A stretch of 64,000 nt of DNA from Bacillota bacterium. GTDB lineage: Bacteria > Bacillota > SHA-98 > UBA4971. Below are positions 9,169 through 18,108 of this stretch, piece by piece. A program made the position numbers and the translations under genes. The stretch covers positions 8,735 to 72,734 of the forward strand of contig JASEJE010000005.1 of assembly GCA_030024085.1 (NCBI GenBank), in the 5' to 3' direction. The notes under the pieces are model-generated. The model ran no database searches. It saw only the letters and a program-made list of their open reading frames with translations, and was not told where the DNA came from. Within the stretch, counting starts at the first letter, position 1. Each line of letters starts with the position of its first letter.

Positions 9169-10101
9169 TCACCTGAAGATCTCAGGATGGAACAGCCTGG
9201 CAAGGGCCTCGAGACCATCCACGAGCCTCGGGCCTGGCCGCACCAGGAGGTCCGGGTGTACCTCGTACACCTTCCCGTCCCTGTACGCCGATATCCGCTG
9301 CCACGCCGGGCGCGCCAGGGCCTCCGCCCTGTTGAAGTTCGTGAGGATGATTATCTCTGGATCGCGTTCTATCACGGTCTCCGGGCTGAACTGGGGCCAC
9401 TCCGAAGGCGCGTCGTGGGCGATGTTCTCGCCCCCTGCCGCCGATACCAGTTCGTCGACGAAAGTCCCCGGACCTGCCGTCATGAGCGGCTCGTTCCAGA
9501 TCTCCACGAACACCCTCGGCCTCTCCGATGTCTTGAGCCCACCGAGCTTCCTCGCGACCTGCTCCATCCTGGCCGAAAGCCTTTTCACCATCTCGGACGC
9601 CCGGTCCTCCTTGCCTGTGGCCTTCCCGATGAGGGTTATGGCCCGGAGGACCCCGTCGATGCTCTTCGGGTCCACCGCAAGCACCGTGACGCCGAGTTCG
9701 GAGAGCCTTGCGATCCCCTGGCGCTGAAGGCTTCCGACCGCCACCACGAGGTCGGGGCGCATGGCGACAATCTTCTCGTAGTCGAGCTGAATGGAGCCTA
9801 CCTTCGGTTTGGCCTTCGCTTCTTCGGGGTAATCGCAGGAATCGGTGACGCCGATGACCTTCTCGCCAAGACCCAGGGCGAACAGGATCTCGGTGTTGCT
9901 GGGGGCGATGGAAATGATGCGCTCAGGCGCGCGAGCGAGCACAACCTTTCTCCCGAGGTCGTCTATGACGCTGATCGCGGTCCCGGCTGATGCCCCGGCA
10001 CCGTGCGGGACGTACGACACGCACACGGCAAGAGCAAGCGCAGCGATGAATGCGAGAGCTGTTCGACGGCGCCGCGTTCGCGCTATCGTAAGTGATACCA
10101 T
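9169..10101 (-). CDS. Periplasmic-binding-protein (class III, BtuF/FhuD-like) substrate-binding component with signal peptide
   Basis: Signal peptide begins at MVSLTIARTRRRRTALAFIAALALA. The start ATG at 10099-10101 follows AGGAGG. The region ISIAPSNTEILFALGLGEKVIGVTDSCDYPEEAK is BtuF-like. Confidence 0.75.
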   Translation of the reverse strand: MVSLTIARTRRRRTALAFIAALALAVCVSYVPHGAGASAGTAISVIDDLGRKVVLARAPERIISIAPSNTEILFALGLGEKVIGVTDSCDYPEEAKAKPKVGSIQLDYEKIVAMRPDLVVAVGSLQRQGIARLSELGVTVLAVDPKSIDGVLRAITLIGKATGKEDRASEMVKRLSARMEQVARKLGGLKTSERPRVFVEIWNEPLMTAGPGTFVDELVSAAGGENIAHDAPSEWPQFSPETVIERDPEIIILTNFNRAEALARPAWQRISAYRDGKVYEVHPDLLVRPGPRLVDGLEALARLFHPEIFR

Positions 10102-10405
10102 GATACTTGCGAGCCTCCTTCCGTTGAACCGAACCGTCTGGTTGGCGCAGGAGAGTATCCCAGGATTCGACGGAGACCAGCCCGGGTCAGGTCGGGTGGG
10201 GTCGGGTCGCGGCATCCTCCTGAAGGCCACGGATTGCCGGCCGGGCCTGTACACTTACGTGTGGCTTCGACACGTCTGGCGCTCCGCTCCATGGACGCAG
10301 CGAGAAACGCGCGCCGGTGCCGGGGCGGAATGATCGCGCCCGCGACCCACCTGCTCTCCAGGTTGCAGCCGGAACCCTGCCACACGCCGCACGTCAGAAC
10401 GGCAA

Positions 10406-10428
10406 GGCCCCGGCCTTCGGCCGGGGCC
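10406..10428 (-). terminator. GC hairpin (ggccccggcc-ttc-ggccggggcc) followed on the minus strand by TTGCCGTTCT, a candidate riboswitch expression platform
   Basis: Located between the B12-box and the btuF-like start. The U-tract is weak. Confidence 0.3.
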
Positions 10429-10487
10429 TGTTGCTCGCGATAAAACAACCTGCCACTCCCCTTCACCGAAGGCGCAAGGTCACGCTG

Positions 10488-10740
10488 ACAGGCAGGTCTC
10501 CTGGCTTCCGGATCGTCGCATCCGCCCTGGGCCTTCCCCCGGCGCGCATCCCTCCGAGGTGCGGGTGACTCGCCGCACCGCCGGGCCTGGACACGCGGAC
10601 CGGAGTGACCGTGCAGGGCTGCTCCCCGGGTACAGTGGCGGGAACCGCGGGCTTGCAGGGCTTGGGATCGCCCTGCCGCCTCTTCCCTATTCTCCCCCGA
10701 TGGGGCACCTGCCAGCTTCAAATCTGGTATCCATTCTGGC
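10488..10740 (-). ncRNA. Cobalamin (B12) riboswitch
   Basis: Read on the minus strand it contains AATAGGGAAGA, GCGGTTCCCGCCACTGTA (core GCCACTG) and a near-perfect B12 box AAGCCAGGAGACCTGCC (plus-strand 10491-10507). It lies in the 5' leader of the btuF-btuC-btuD-btuR-like operon. Confidence 0.75.
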
Positions 10741-10864
10741 TCCATCCTCATTCTACCACGGGATGGCCGACGCAGCAATACCTGCCCCCCCAAGTGAGGA
10801 TGCAGAAGTGCTCCCAACTCTATCCTTCTCAAAGCGCCGCTTGGTGCGTCGTCGCCCAGTGTAA

Positions 10865-10917
10865 CACCGCAATCCCAACAGCCGTTGAAAGACTGGGAGG
10901 AACCAACGAACCCCCAC
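10865..10917 (+). repeat. Copy 1 of a ~50-nt repeated intergenic motif with palindromic core CCAACAGCCGTTG
   Basis: caccgcaatcccaacagccgttgaaagactgggaggaaccaacgaacccccac matches 28765-28816 at ~45/53 positions in the same orientation. Confidence 0.5.
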
Positions 10918-11094
10918 TTAGCCCGCGGAACGCCGGAAGGGACGGCCGGCGCTCATCTATGGGTCACCTACTTCACAGGGCCGCTCATACTATACTACTG
11001 GCCGCCTTCGACTCGGTTGCCCTGGGCAGTCCGCCTCCGAGTGGACAACTGGGCAGAACTGGGGACCGTGGCTGCCCGGAGGGAGAGTCAGCCT

Positions 11095-12321
11095 GTGCCG
11101 ATCCTGGGGAATGGCAACGAAGCGCCCGTCCCGCTTTCAGAGGCGCCCCTGGGCTCCGCGTGCCGCATCGTATGCCTGGTTGCTGCGGGGTTTTCGAGGA
11201 GGCGGCTTCTCGACGTGGGATTCGTCCCGGGAGCGTGCGTCGCCCCAGTGCGCCGCAGCCCTGCCGGCGATCCCACGGCGTATCGTGTGAAGGGCGCCCT
11301 CATCGCGGTTCGGGCGCAGGAGGCGAAGGAGATAATGGTGCACATCTTGCCGCCGGGGCTGCCCGCCGCCGGACGCGTGGTCTGGAACGATTCTCGCACC
11401 CCGGCCGTCGCCCCTGGCCCCGACTTCGACGCCGGCCTTGACCCCGGGTCCGGTACCGCATCTCTGACGGAGGTGAGTCCTGTGAGGTTCATGCACCACC
11501 CATCATTGCGCGTATCGTGCGGTGTTCGCAAGCCCCGGCCCGGCCGGTCGCAAGGTGCGCCCCCGCCTGTCTGCCGCACCGTCGCATTGGCGGGCAACCC
11601 TAACACGGGAAAGAGCACCGTCTTCAACGCCCTCACGGGGCTCGGCCAGCATACCGGCAACTGGCCGGGTAAGACCGTGGTCGTGGCGGAGGGCTTTTAT
11701 ACCCACCGTGGGACGACCTACCGTGTTGTCGATCTCCCCGGCACATACTCCCTCCTTGCCACGTCACCGGAGGAGGAAGTCGCGAGGGACTTCATATGCT
11801 TCGGCGAGGCCGACGCGACGGCCGTCGTGGCCGATGCAACATGCCTCGAGCGCAACCTCAATCTCGTCCTCCAGATCATGGAGATAAGGCCGCGAGTCGT
11901 GGTTTGCCTCAACCTCATGGACGAGGCGAGGCGCAAGGGGATCTCCGTGGACGCGAAAGGGCTTGCCTCGGAGCTCGGGGTCCCCGTCGTGCCTACCGCG
12001 GCGCGGGCGAGGCAGGGTCTCGCGGCGCTCATGGACGCTATAGCGGATGTGGCAAGCGGGCAGCTTCCCACAAGGCCGCTTGAGGTCACCTACAGCCCGG
12101 AGATCGAGGCGCTGGTGGGCGACATCGAACGGCCCCTTGCGGCGATCATGGGTGAGATCGCCCCAGGGATCTCCCTCCGCTGGCTCGCCCTCCGGCTCAT
12201 AGACGACGACCGCGGCCTTATCGAGGCGATCAACGAGAGGGTGAGCAAGAAACGAGCACAGGACACACGATCCAGGCGCGCGGCGCGTCCTGTGGCTGCG
12301 AGGAGCGGGATCCCGGCGTGA
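11095..12321 (+). CDS. feoB: FeoA domain fused in frame to the FeoB N-terminal GTPase plus GDI/helical domain (ferrous-iron transport)
   Basis: FeoA-like SH3 segment (LGSACRIVCLVAAG...VGFVPGACV...AYRVKGALIAVRAQEAKEIMV) and then the G-domain (ALAGNPNTGKSTVFNALTG, DLPGTYSL). The probable start is the GTG at 11095 after GGAGGGAGAG. The ORF-track start at 10885 reads through the repeat motif and is unlikely. Confidence 0.7.
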   Translation: MPILGNGNEAPVPLSEAPLGSACRIVCLVAAGFSRRRLLDVGFVPGACVAPVRRSPAGDPTAYRVKGALIAVRAQEAKEIMVHILPPGLPAAGRVVWNDSRTPAVAPGPDFDAGLDPGSGTASLTEVSPVRFMHHPSLRVSCGVRKPRPGRSQGAPPPVCRTVALAGNPNTGKSTVFNALTGLGQHTGNWPGKTVVVAEGFYTHRGTTYRVVDLPGTYSLLATSPEEEVARDFICFGEADATAVVADATCLERNLNLVLQIMEIRPRVVVCLNLMDEARRKGISVDAKGLASELGVPVVPTAARARQGLAALMDAIADVASGQLPTRPLEVTYSPEIEALVGDIERPLAAIMGEIAPGISLRWLALRLIDDDRGLIEAINERVSKKRAQDTRSRRAARPVAARSGIPA

Positions 12322-13718
12322 CTCGCGTGGCCAGCCGGCAGTTTCTCGATATCGTAGAGCAAGCCCGGCAGGCAAGATCACAGGTGCCGGGCGACGTCAG
12401 GGACCTCATGGTAACCAGGATATACGAGGTGGCCGGGACCATCTGCCAGAAGACGGTGCGCCGTGCGCCTCAACCAGCGCGCGATTGGGATACGCGCCTG
12501 GACGACGTCCTCACGTCGAGGCTTTTCGGGTACCCGTTCATGCTCGCCCTGCTGGGCGTGGTCTTCTGGATAACCCTGGTGGGCGCGAACGTCCCTTCAA
12601 GGCTACTGGCGGCCGCGCTCTTCTGGGGACAGGACCGGCTCCTGGACCTTTTCTCGTGGGCAAGTGCTCCCGCCTGGCTCACGGGCGTACTCGTCATGGG
12701 AGCGTATAGGGCGCTCGCATGGGTCGTGTCGGTCATGTTGCCGCCGATGGCGATATTCTTCCCGTGTTTCGCCCTGCTCGAGGACCTGGGCTACCTCCCA
12801 AGGGTGGCCTTCAACCTTGACGCCCTTTTCAAGCGCGCGGGCACCCACGGCAAGCAGGCCCTGACCATGTGCATGGGGTTCGGCTGCAACGCTGCGGGGG
12901 TGGTCTCGTGCCGCATAATCGACTCACCGCGCGAACGGCTCATTGCCATCCTCACCAACAACTTCGTGCCGTGCAACGGCCGGTTCCCGACCCTCATAGC
13001 CATGTCCGCCATGTTCTTCGGGGCGGGCCTGCGGGGCGGCACTGGCAGGGGTGGCTCCGCCGTGTCGCTCCTCGGCGCAGTGGTCCTCGGCATCGCCGTC
13101 ACGCTCGGCGTGTCGTGGCTCCTGTCGCGGACGTTGCTCCGCGGGGTTGCGTCCTCTTTCGTGCTCGAGCTCCCGTCGTACAGAAGACCCGAGGCCGTGA
13201 GGGTGATCGCGAGGTCCCTCCTCGACCGCGCCCTCTTCGTGCTTGTGAGGGCTGCGACGGTTGCGGCGCCCGCCGGGGCTGTGACGTGGGTGCTCGGGAA
13301 CGTGATGGCGGGCGGCGCAAGCCTGCTCGCCCGCGTGGCAGGCTTTTTTGATCCATTCGCACGCCTGATCGGGCTCGACGGACACATCCTCACCGCCTTC
13401 GTGCTCGGGCTACCCGCGAACGAGATAGTGATCCCCATCCTCCTGATGGGGTACTCCGGTGCCGGAGCCATGGTGGATGTCGGCGGGCTCGACGCCCTTC
13501 GAGCGGTGCTCGTGGCAAACGGGTGGACCCCGCTCACTGCGGCGTGCGTCATCCTGTTCTCCCTGCTCCACTATCCGTGCGCCACGACCCTCTGGACCAT
13601 CTGGCACGAGACCCGAAGCGCCAGGTGGACCGCGGTAGCGGCGCTCCTGCCGCTCGCCGTGGCCTGTGCAGTGTGCTTCACCGCGGCTTCCGCCGCAAGG
13701 CTCCTCGGACTGACGTGA
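12318..13718 (+). CDS. feoB: FeoB C-terminal part (linker plus polytopic gate/membrane domain)
   Basis: The N-terminus aligns to the FeoB linker (DLMVTRIYEVAGTICQKTV...DTRLDDVLTSRLFGYPFMLALLG resembles E. coli ...ARYQCIAAICDVV...DKIVLNRFLGLPIFL). It is followed by multiple TM helices. The GTG start overlaps the upstream TGA (GTGA). Confidence 0.7.
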   Translation: MTRVASRQFLDIVEQARQARSQVPGDVRDLMVTRIYEVAGTICQKTVRRAPQPARDWDTRLDDVLTSRLFGYPFMLALLGVVFWITLVGANVPSRLLAAALFWGQDRLLDLFSWASAPAWLTGVLVMGAYRALAWVVSVMLPPMAIFFPCFALLEDLGYLPRVAFNLDALFKRAGTHGKQALTMCMGFGCNAAGVVSCRIIDSPRERLIAILTNNFVPCNGRFPTLIAMSAMFFGAGLRGGTGRGGSAVSLLGAVVLGIAVTLGVSWLLSRTLLRGVASSFVLELPSYRRPEAVRVIARSLLDRALFVLVRAATVAAPAGAVTWVLGNVMAGGASLLARVAGFFDPFARLIGLDGHILTAFVLGLPANEIVIPILLMGYSGAGAMVDVGGLDALRAVLVANGWTPLTAACVILFSLLHYPCATTLWTIWHETRSARWTAVAALLPLAVACAVCFTAASAARLLGLT

Positions 13719-13750
13719 GGGCCGTCGGCCGCACGCAACCAGACACGCGT

Positions 13751-14947
13751 CTACACTCTCGCCAGGGCCTGGTCGAGGTCGGCGATGACGTCCTCCGGGT
13801 CCTCGAGGCCCACCGAGACCCGCACCAGCGCCTCGCTGAACCCGAACTCGGCGAGCCGCTCCCTCGGATACTCGCGGTGCGTCATGGACGCCGGATGCTC
13901 CACGAGGGTCTCCGCATCTCCCAGGCTCACCGCGATGGTGCACAGTCGCAGGGCGTCCATGAAGCGGACCGCGGCGTTATAGCCGCCCTTCACCTCGAAG
14001 GACACGATGCCTCCGCACCCACGCATCTGGCGCGTGACAAGCTCGCGTTGGGGGAAGTCATCGAGCCCCGGATACAGCACGCGCTCCACGTTCGGGTGGC
14101 CCGCCAGGAACCTCGCCACCGCCAGCGCGTTGCTGGCATGACGCTCCATTCGAATGCCGAGGGTCTTGAGACCCCGCAGGAAAAGCCACGCGTTGAAGGG
14201 CGCCAGCACCCCGCCGAGGTCACACAGGAAGTCGAAGCGCAGCCGGAAAACGTAGTCAGGGTCGCGCGCAACCGCCACCCCGCCCAGAGCGTCGCCGTGG
14301 CCGCCGATGTACTTGGTGCACGAATGCACCACCACGTCCGCCCCGAGAGCAAGCGGGTTCTGGAAATAGGGCGTCGCGAACGTGTTGTCCACGACCACCG
14401 TGGCTCCGCGACGATGGGCTGCCTCCGCGGCGGCGGCGATGTCCACAAGCTCAAGGCTTGGGTTGGCGGGGGTTTCAAGGTACACAACCTTCGTCGCGTC
14501 GGTCAGGCCGGCCTCGAGCGCGCCGGGGCGTGCGAGGTCGGCGAACCTAGCGCTTATGCCATATCGCGGCAGGAAGTGGGTCACCACGTGGTAAGTCGAG
14601 CCGTAGAGCGTGCGCGATGTCACGAGCTCGTCCCCCGCCTCCAGAAGCGACAGCAGTACGGACGAGATCGCTGCCATCCCAGATGAGAAGGCCACGGCCT
14701 TCTCGCCCTTCTCCAGGACGGCCATCTTCTGCTCGAACAGCCGCAGGGTCGGGTTGTTGCCGCGAGTGTACACGTACTCTGCGGACTCCCCCGAGAACAC
14801 CTTCTGGGCATGGGCAACGCTGTCGAACACGAAGGTGGACGTCTGGTAGATCGGGGGGTTCAAAGCGCCGAGGGCATGCTTACCGTCCCATCCGGCGTGG
14901 ATCGCCTGCGTATCGAACCCCAGGTTTCGGCCTGCCTCCTTGCTCAT
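13751..14947 (-). CDS. Cys/Met-metabolism PLP-dependent enzyme (cystathionine gamma-lyase / methionine gamma-lyase / O-acetylhomoserine sulfhydrylase family)
   Basis: MSKEAGRNLGFDTQAIHAG...NPPIYQTSTFVF and the PLP-lysine region HSCTKYIGGHGDALGG. The start ATG is at 14945-14947. Confidence 0.8.
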   Translation of the reverse strand: MSKEAGRNLGFDTQAIHAGWDGKHALGALNPPIYQTSTFVFDSVAHAQKVFSGESAEYVYTRGNNPTLRLFEQKMAVLEKGEKAVAFSSGMAAISSVLLSLLEAGDELVTSRTLYGSTYHVVTHFLPRYGISARFADLARPGALEAGLTDATKVVYLETPANPSLELVDIAAAAEAAHRRGATVVVDNTFATPYFQNPLALGADVVVHSCTKYIGGHGDALGGVAVARDPDYVFRLRFDFLCDLGGVLAPFNAWLFLRGLKTLGIRMERHASNALAVARFLAGHPNVERVLYPGLDDFPQRELVTRQMRGCGGIVSFEVKGGYNAAVRFMDALRLCTIAVSLGDAETLVEHPASMTHREYPRERLAEFGFSEALVRVSVGLEDPEDVIADLDQALARV

Positions 14948-15252
14948 CCCGTGTTCACCATCCCATCTATGTACGGGTTCATGAACCCGCTGGCTTTCTC
15001 CACTTCGCGGCAACGCTGCAGGGTGAAGGTCAGGCGAGGCGCCCCGCCCTAGCAAGCGCCGGCAACCCTAACACCCCCAAGAAAAGTGGCGAAAACTTAT
15101 GGCGCCATACTTAGGCAAAACCAACGGTTTCGTTCAGAGAGTCCCACGAGCTCTCCAGCAGGTTCGGGGCAGCGATCTCAAGACTCACACCCATGCACGG
15201 TGCGGAGGCTGGGTCTTCCAGACGCTGCCTCCGGCCTCGCTCGGGCGTGAAG

Positions 15253-16224
15253 CTACGACACACCGCCACCGAAATCCAGCAGGACCTTGAGGCTTCCCCG
15301 CCTTCCCGCCTCTTCGAACGCCTCTATCGCACAGGCCGCCGGGAAGACGCCATCGATGAGGCTCGCGGTATCGATCCTCCGTTCTTCCAGGAGCCGCATG
15401 GCAGGTGGAAACGGTCCGCACCTGGAGCCGACGCACGTCGCCTCATTGACCACCACCGGCGAGAGGTTCGTAGGGGCCTCGCCGTGAAACGTGCTCTTGA
15501 GGACGATCGTGCCGCGCGGGCGCACAAGAGCCACCGCCTCCGCCAGCCCCGACGGGCTTCCAGTGCACTCCACCACCACGTCAGCCCTCCGCGACAAGGC
15601 CGGGGACCCGGAGAGCGCTGTCTCGATGCCGGCCTTTCGCGCGATGTCCAGTTTCTCCTCGTGTCGTCCGACGAGGATCACGTGGTGCCCCGAGGCGTGG
15701 ACAGCCTGGGCCACGAGAAGGCCGAGCTTTCCGTCGCCGAGCACCACGACACTATCCGACGGGCGAATGTGGACCTGCTCCAGCACTTCCACTGCCGCCG
15801 CGAGAGGCTCGGTGAAGACGGCCTCGCGGTCGCTCACCGACCCCGGGACGGGATGGAGGTTTTCGCACGGCAACACCGTGTAATCAGCGAAGCACCCGGG
15901 CCACGCGCGCATTCCCATGGTGCGGATGCGCTGGCAGTGCCGGGGGTAGCCCATGCGGCACATGGGGCACTCCCCGCAGGGTATGTTTATCTCGCCGACC
16001 ACTCTGTTACCCACAAGGGCCGGCTCATCCGCATCCTCCACCGTCCCGACGAACTCATGGCCCAGGATGCCGGTATACCCGAGGTATCCTCGGGTGATCT
16101 CAAGGTCGGTGTTGCATATGCCCGCGAGCCGCACCCGCACAAGGGCCTCGCCTTTGCCTCTTCCAGGGACGGGAAAGCCGTCTTGCACCAGGAGGCGCTC
16201 ACCGTCGAAGACAACCGCGCGCAC
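15253..16224 (-). CDS. Zn-dependent alcohol dehydrogenase (medium-chain dehydrogenase/reductase family)
   Basis: GHEFVGTV catalytic-zinc motif, a Cys-rich structural-zinc loop (CGECPMCRMGYPRHC) and a Rossmann GDGKLG. Confidence 0.75.
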   Translation of the reverse strand: MRAVVFDGERLLVQDGFPVPGRGKGEALVRVRLAGICNTDLEITRGYLGYTGILGHEFVGTVEDADEPALVGNRVVGEINIPCGECPMCRMGYPRHCQRIRTMGMRAWPGCFADYTVLPCENLHPVPGSVSDREAVFTEPLAAAVEVLEQVHIRPSDSVVVLGDGKLGLLVAQAVHASGHHVILVGRHEEKLDIARKAGIETALSGSPALSRRADVVVECTGSPSGLAEAVALVRPRGTIVLKSTFHGEAPTNLSPVVVNEATCVGSRCGPFPPAMRLLEERRIDTASLIDGVFPAACAIEAFEEAGRRGSLKVLLDFGGGVS

Positions 16225-16252
16225 AAAACCTCACCCTCTCGATCCTTCCGGC

Positions 16253-16996
16253 TCACCCTTCCTCGCCCGCAAGCCGTGCCACGGCGTCAAGGGCGATCTC
16301 GGCCTCGAGCTCGATGGCTTTCGCCACCACCTCGCGGTTGGGATTGTAGGCGTCGCCCTCGAACTCGACAGCCACGCCGTCCACGGCGAGGATCGCACCT
16401 GCGCACACCCCACGCAGCGCCGCCACTATGAGGAGCGCCGAGACCTCCATCTCGACCCCTATGGCTCCCGCGCGGCTCATCTCGGCGTTCGGGAGCGGCA
16501 GGATGCCCGGGTAAAATGCCCCCACCGAAAGCACCACGCCTCTCGAGATCCTCGCGCCGCGCGCAAGACCCACCCCGTAAAGGGCATCTGCGACCCTGCT
16601 GTCGGCAATAGCGGGAAAGGACAGGGGGACAAGCTGGTCCGTCACCCCGTCCTCTCGCACGGCACCCGTGGCCACGATGAGGTCCCCGTCCACGATGGAG
16701 CGGCTCAGCGACCCGGCTGTTCCGACCCTGATGAGGACCCTGGCGCCAGCCTTGATGAGATCCTCGAAACATACGCATGCCCCGGCCGCCCCAACGCCGT
16801 GGGATGCGATCGTCACGGGCGTGCCCCGATACACACCGTTTACAACGCGGTACTCGCGGTTGTACGCAACCTCGCGGGCATCCTCAAGGTGCTTCGCGAT
16901 GACGCGAGTCCTTCCAGGATCACCACAGACGATTGCGTACTGCGAGACCTGGCCCGGGTAGACCTTCAATATCGGTAACATTCTCTCGTTGGCCAT
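16253..16996 (-). CDS. Purine/uridine nucleoside phosphorylase, PNP/UDP family 1 (DeoD-type)
   Basis: GDPGRTRVIAKHLEDAREV (compare DeoD [20 protein letters not shown]) and RVGTAGSL. The start is at MANERMLPIL. Confidence 0.8.
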   Translation of the reverse strand: MANERMLPILKVYPGQVSQYAIVCGDPGRTRVIAKHLEDAREVAYNREYRVVNGVYRGTPVTIASHGVGAAGACVCFEDLIKAGARVLIRVGTAGSLSRSIVDGDLIVATGAVREDGVTDQLVPLSFPAIADSRVADALYGVGLARGARISRGVVLSVGAFYPGILPLPNAEMSRAGAIGVEMEVSALLIVAALRGVCAGAILAVDGVAVEFEGDAYNPNREVVAKAIELEAEIALDAVARLAGEEG

Positions 16997-17183
16997 CTTC
17001 ACCCCCCCAACACACATGTCTTGCACATACATTCTCCGGAGGGCACCCGATATCGCGGGTCAGCCGCATATTCCACGGGTGACCGGCCCGATTTCCCGCG
17101 GGAACCTGCCTGGGGCGGCCCGGCCGGCTCCATCCCGGCTCCGGTCATCGAACCGCCCCAGGCCATGCCGGCTTGTGGCCGGC

Positions 17184-17954
17184 CTACAGAAGACAGCCCA
17201 CTACAAGAGCGATGATAAACGGAACAAGCCCGATCTGAACACCAACGCCGTAGGAGCCTACCCCGAACCCCGCAAGCTTTGCGCCATAGGCCCCCGTAGA
17301 TATCAGAAGGCCTACGACAAGGCCGCCGAAGGCGCCCGCCCACGTGAGGGTCTGCCCCACTGCAGGGCGCCTCACGGGCGAGATGTCGTCCTCATCCATG
17401 ACCTCGGTCCACAGGAGGTCCCACTTCTTGATACGGGGATAGAGAAGCAGGATGAGAGGCGGCCCGAGGATGATGGGCACCGCGGCGTTGTTCAGGAAGA
17501 TGATGCTGCCGAGCACCGCGAACGGGAGCATCCGCAGCACCTCAAGCCCCCAGGCTATGATGGTCGCACACGCCGCGCTGGAAACGATGAGCGCAAGAGC
17601 ATAGTGAAGGAAGTCCTTGCCCGACTTTATGGTCGCCTCTTTCCTCAGCGCCTGCCACACTTTATACAACACGATCCCCTGGAACAGATTGCCGAAGAAG
17701 CCGAAGAAGCTCCCTGGTCCGAGAGTCCCGAAGAAGTCGCCGATAAGGTTCCCGAATGCGAGACCCCACGCGCCGGCGGGCCCGAAGAACAGCGGGAACG
17801 TAGCAGCGATGATCTGCGCCGGGCGGAACTCGGTGATACCAGGGATGATGGGAATGCCTTTGAACGGTATGAGGATGGCCGCGTAAACCGCAGCAGTCAG
17901 GGCCGTGAGCATCACCATCTTCGTGTTCTTCCACATGGTGAACATCTCTCTCAT
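17184..17954 (-). CDS. Polytopic membrane protein, candidate ECF-transporter substrate-capture (S) component
   Basis: 256 aa with about 6 predicted TM helices and Gly/Phe-rich loops (FGPAGAWGLAFGNLIGDFFGTLGPGSFFGFFGN). It is encoded in the same operon as the EcfT and EcfA-A' genes. The family assignment is an inference. Confidence 0.45.
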   Translation of the reverse strand: MREMFTMWKNTKMVMLTALTAAVYAAILIPFKGIPIIPGITEFRPAQIIAATFPLFFGPAGAWGLAFGNLIGDFFGTLGPGSFFGFFGNLFQGIVLYKVWQALRKEATIKSGKDFLHYALALIVSSAACATIIAWGLEVLRMLPFAVLGSIIFLNNAAVPIILGPPLILLLYPRIKKWDLLWTEVMDEDDISPVRRPAVGQTLTWAGAFGGLVVGLLISTGAYGAKLAGFGVGSYGVGVQIGLVPFIIALVVGCLL

Positions 17955-18108
17955 GGTAACAACTCCTCTCCTTTTACGGTTGTTGCATGATCATTTCTGT
18001 CACGTGTCGCATTTCGCTTTCACTCATCGATCCCTCATGCCAGTCGTCTCATGCGACCTAGGTCGCGCCTGTGATACCACCTGCGACATTGCCTACAAGC
18101 CAGACCAA

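Noticed and set aside
10083-10832. 249-aa minus-strand ORF upstream of the btuF-like gene
   Set aside because: It spans the cobalamin riboswitch and the repeat motif, and is Arg/Pro-rich junk. The true btuF start at 10101 has a signal peptide and an RBS.
10885-11094. N-terminal 70 residues of the ORF-track FeoA-FeoB ORF (TTG start inside the repeat motif)
   Set aside because: It has no similarity to FeoA, and it reads through the conserved DNA motif. A GTG with a strong RBS at 11095 precedes the FeoA domain. The start similarity to the ORF at 28785 (MKDWEEPTNP versus MENAEELTNP) reflects the DNA repeat, not paralogous genes. The 28785 ORF is antisense to the DUF4340 gene.
11593-15063. Identical 14-mer GGCAACCCTAACAC at 11593-11606 (FeoB G1 codons) and 15050-15063 (intergenic)
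   Set aside because: It is too short to rule out chance in biased composition. The flanks are unrelated apart from a loose resemblance of the local translation, and there is no longer feoB-like remnant around 15050.
14948-15252. Possible SAM (S-box) riboswitch in the 300-nt leader of the Cys/Met gamma-lyase gene
   Set aside because: I read the minus-strand leader. None of the S-box, SAM-II or SAM-IV consensus elements were recognisable.
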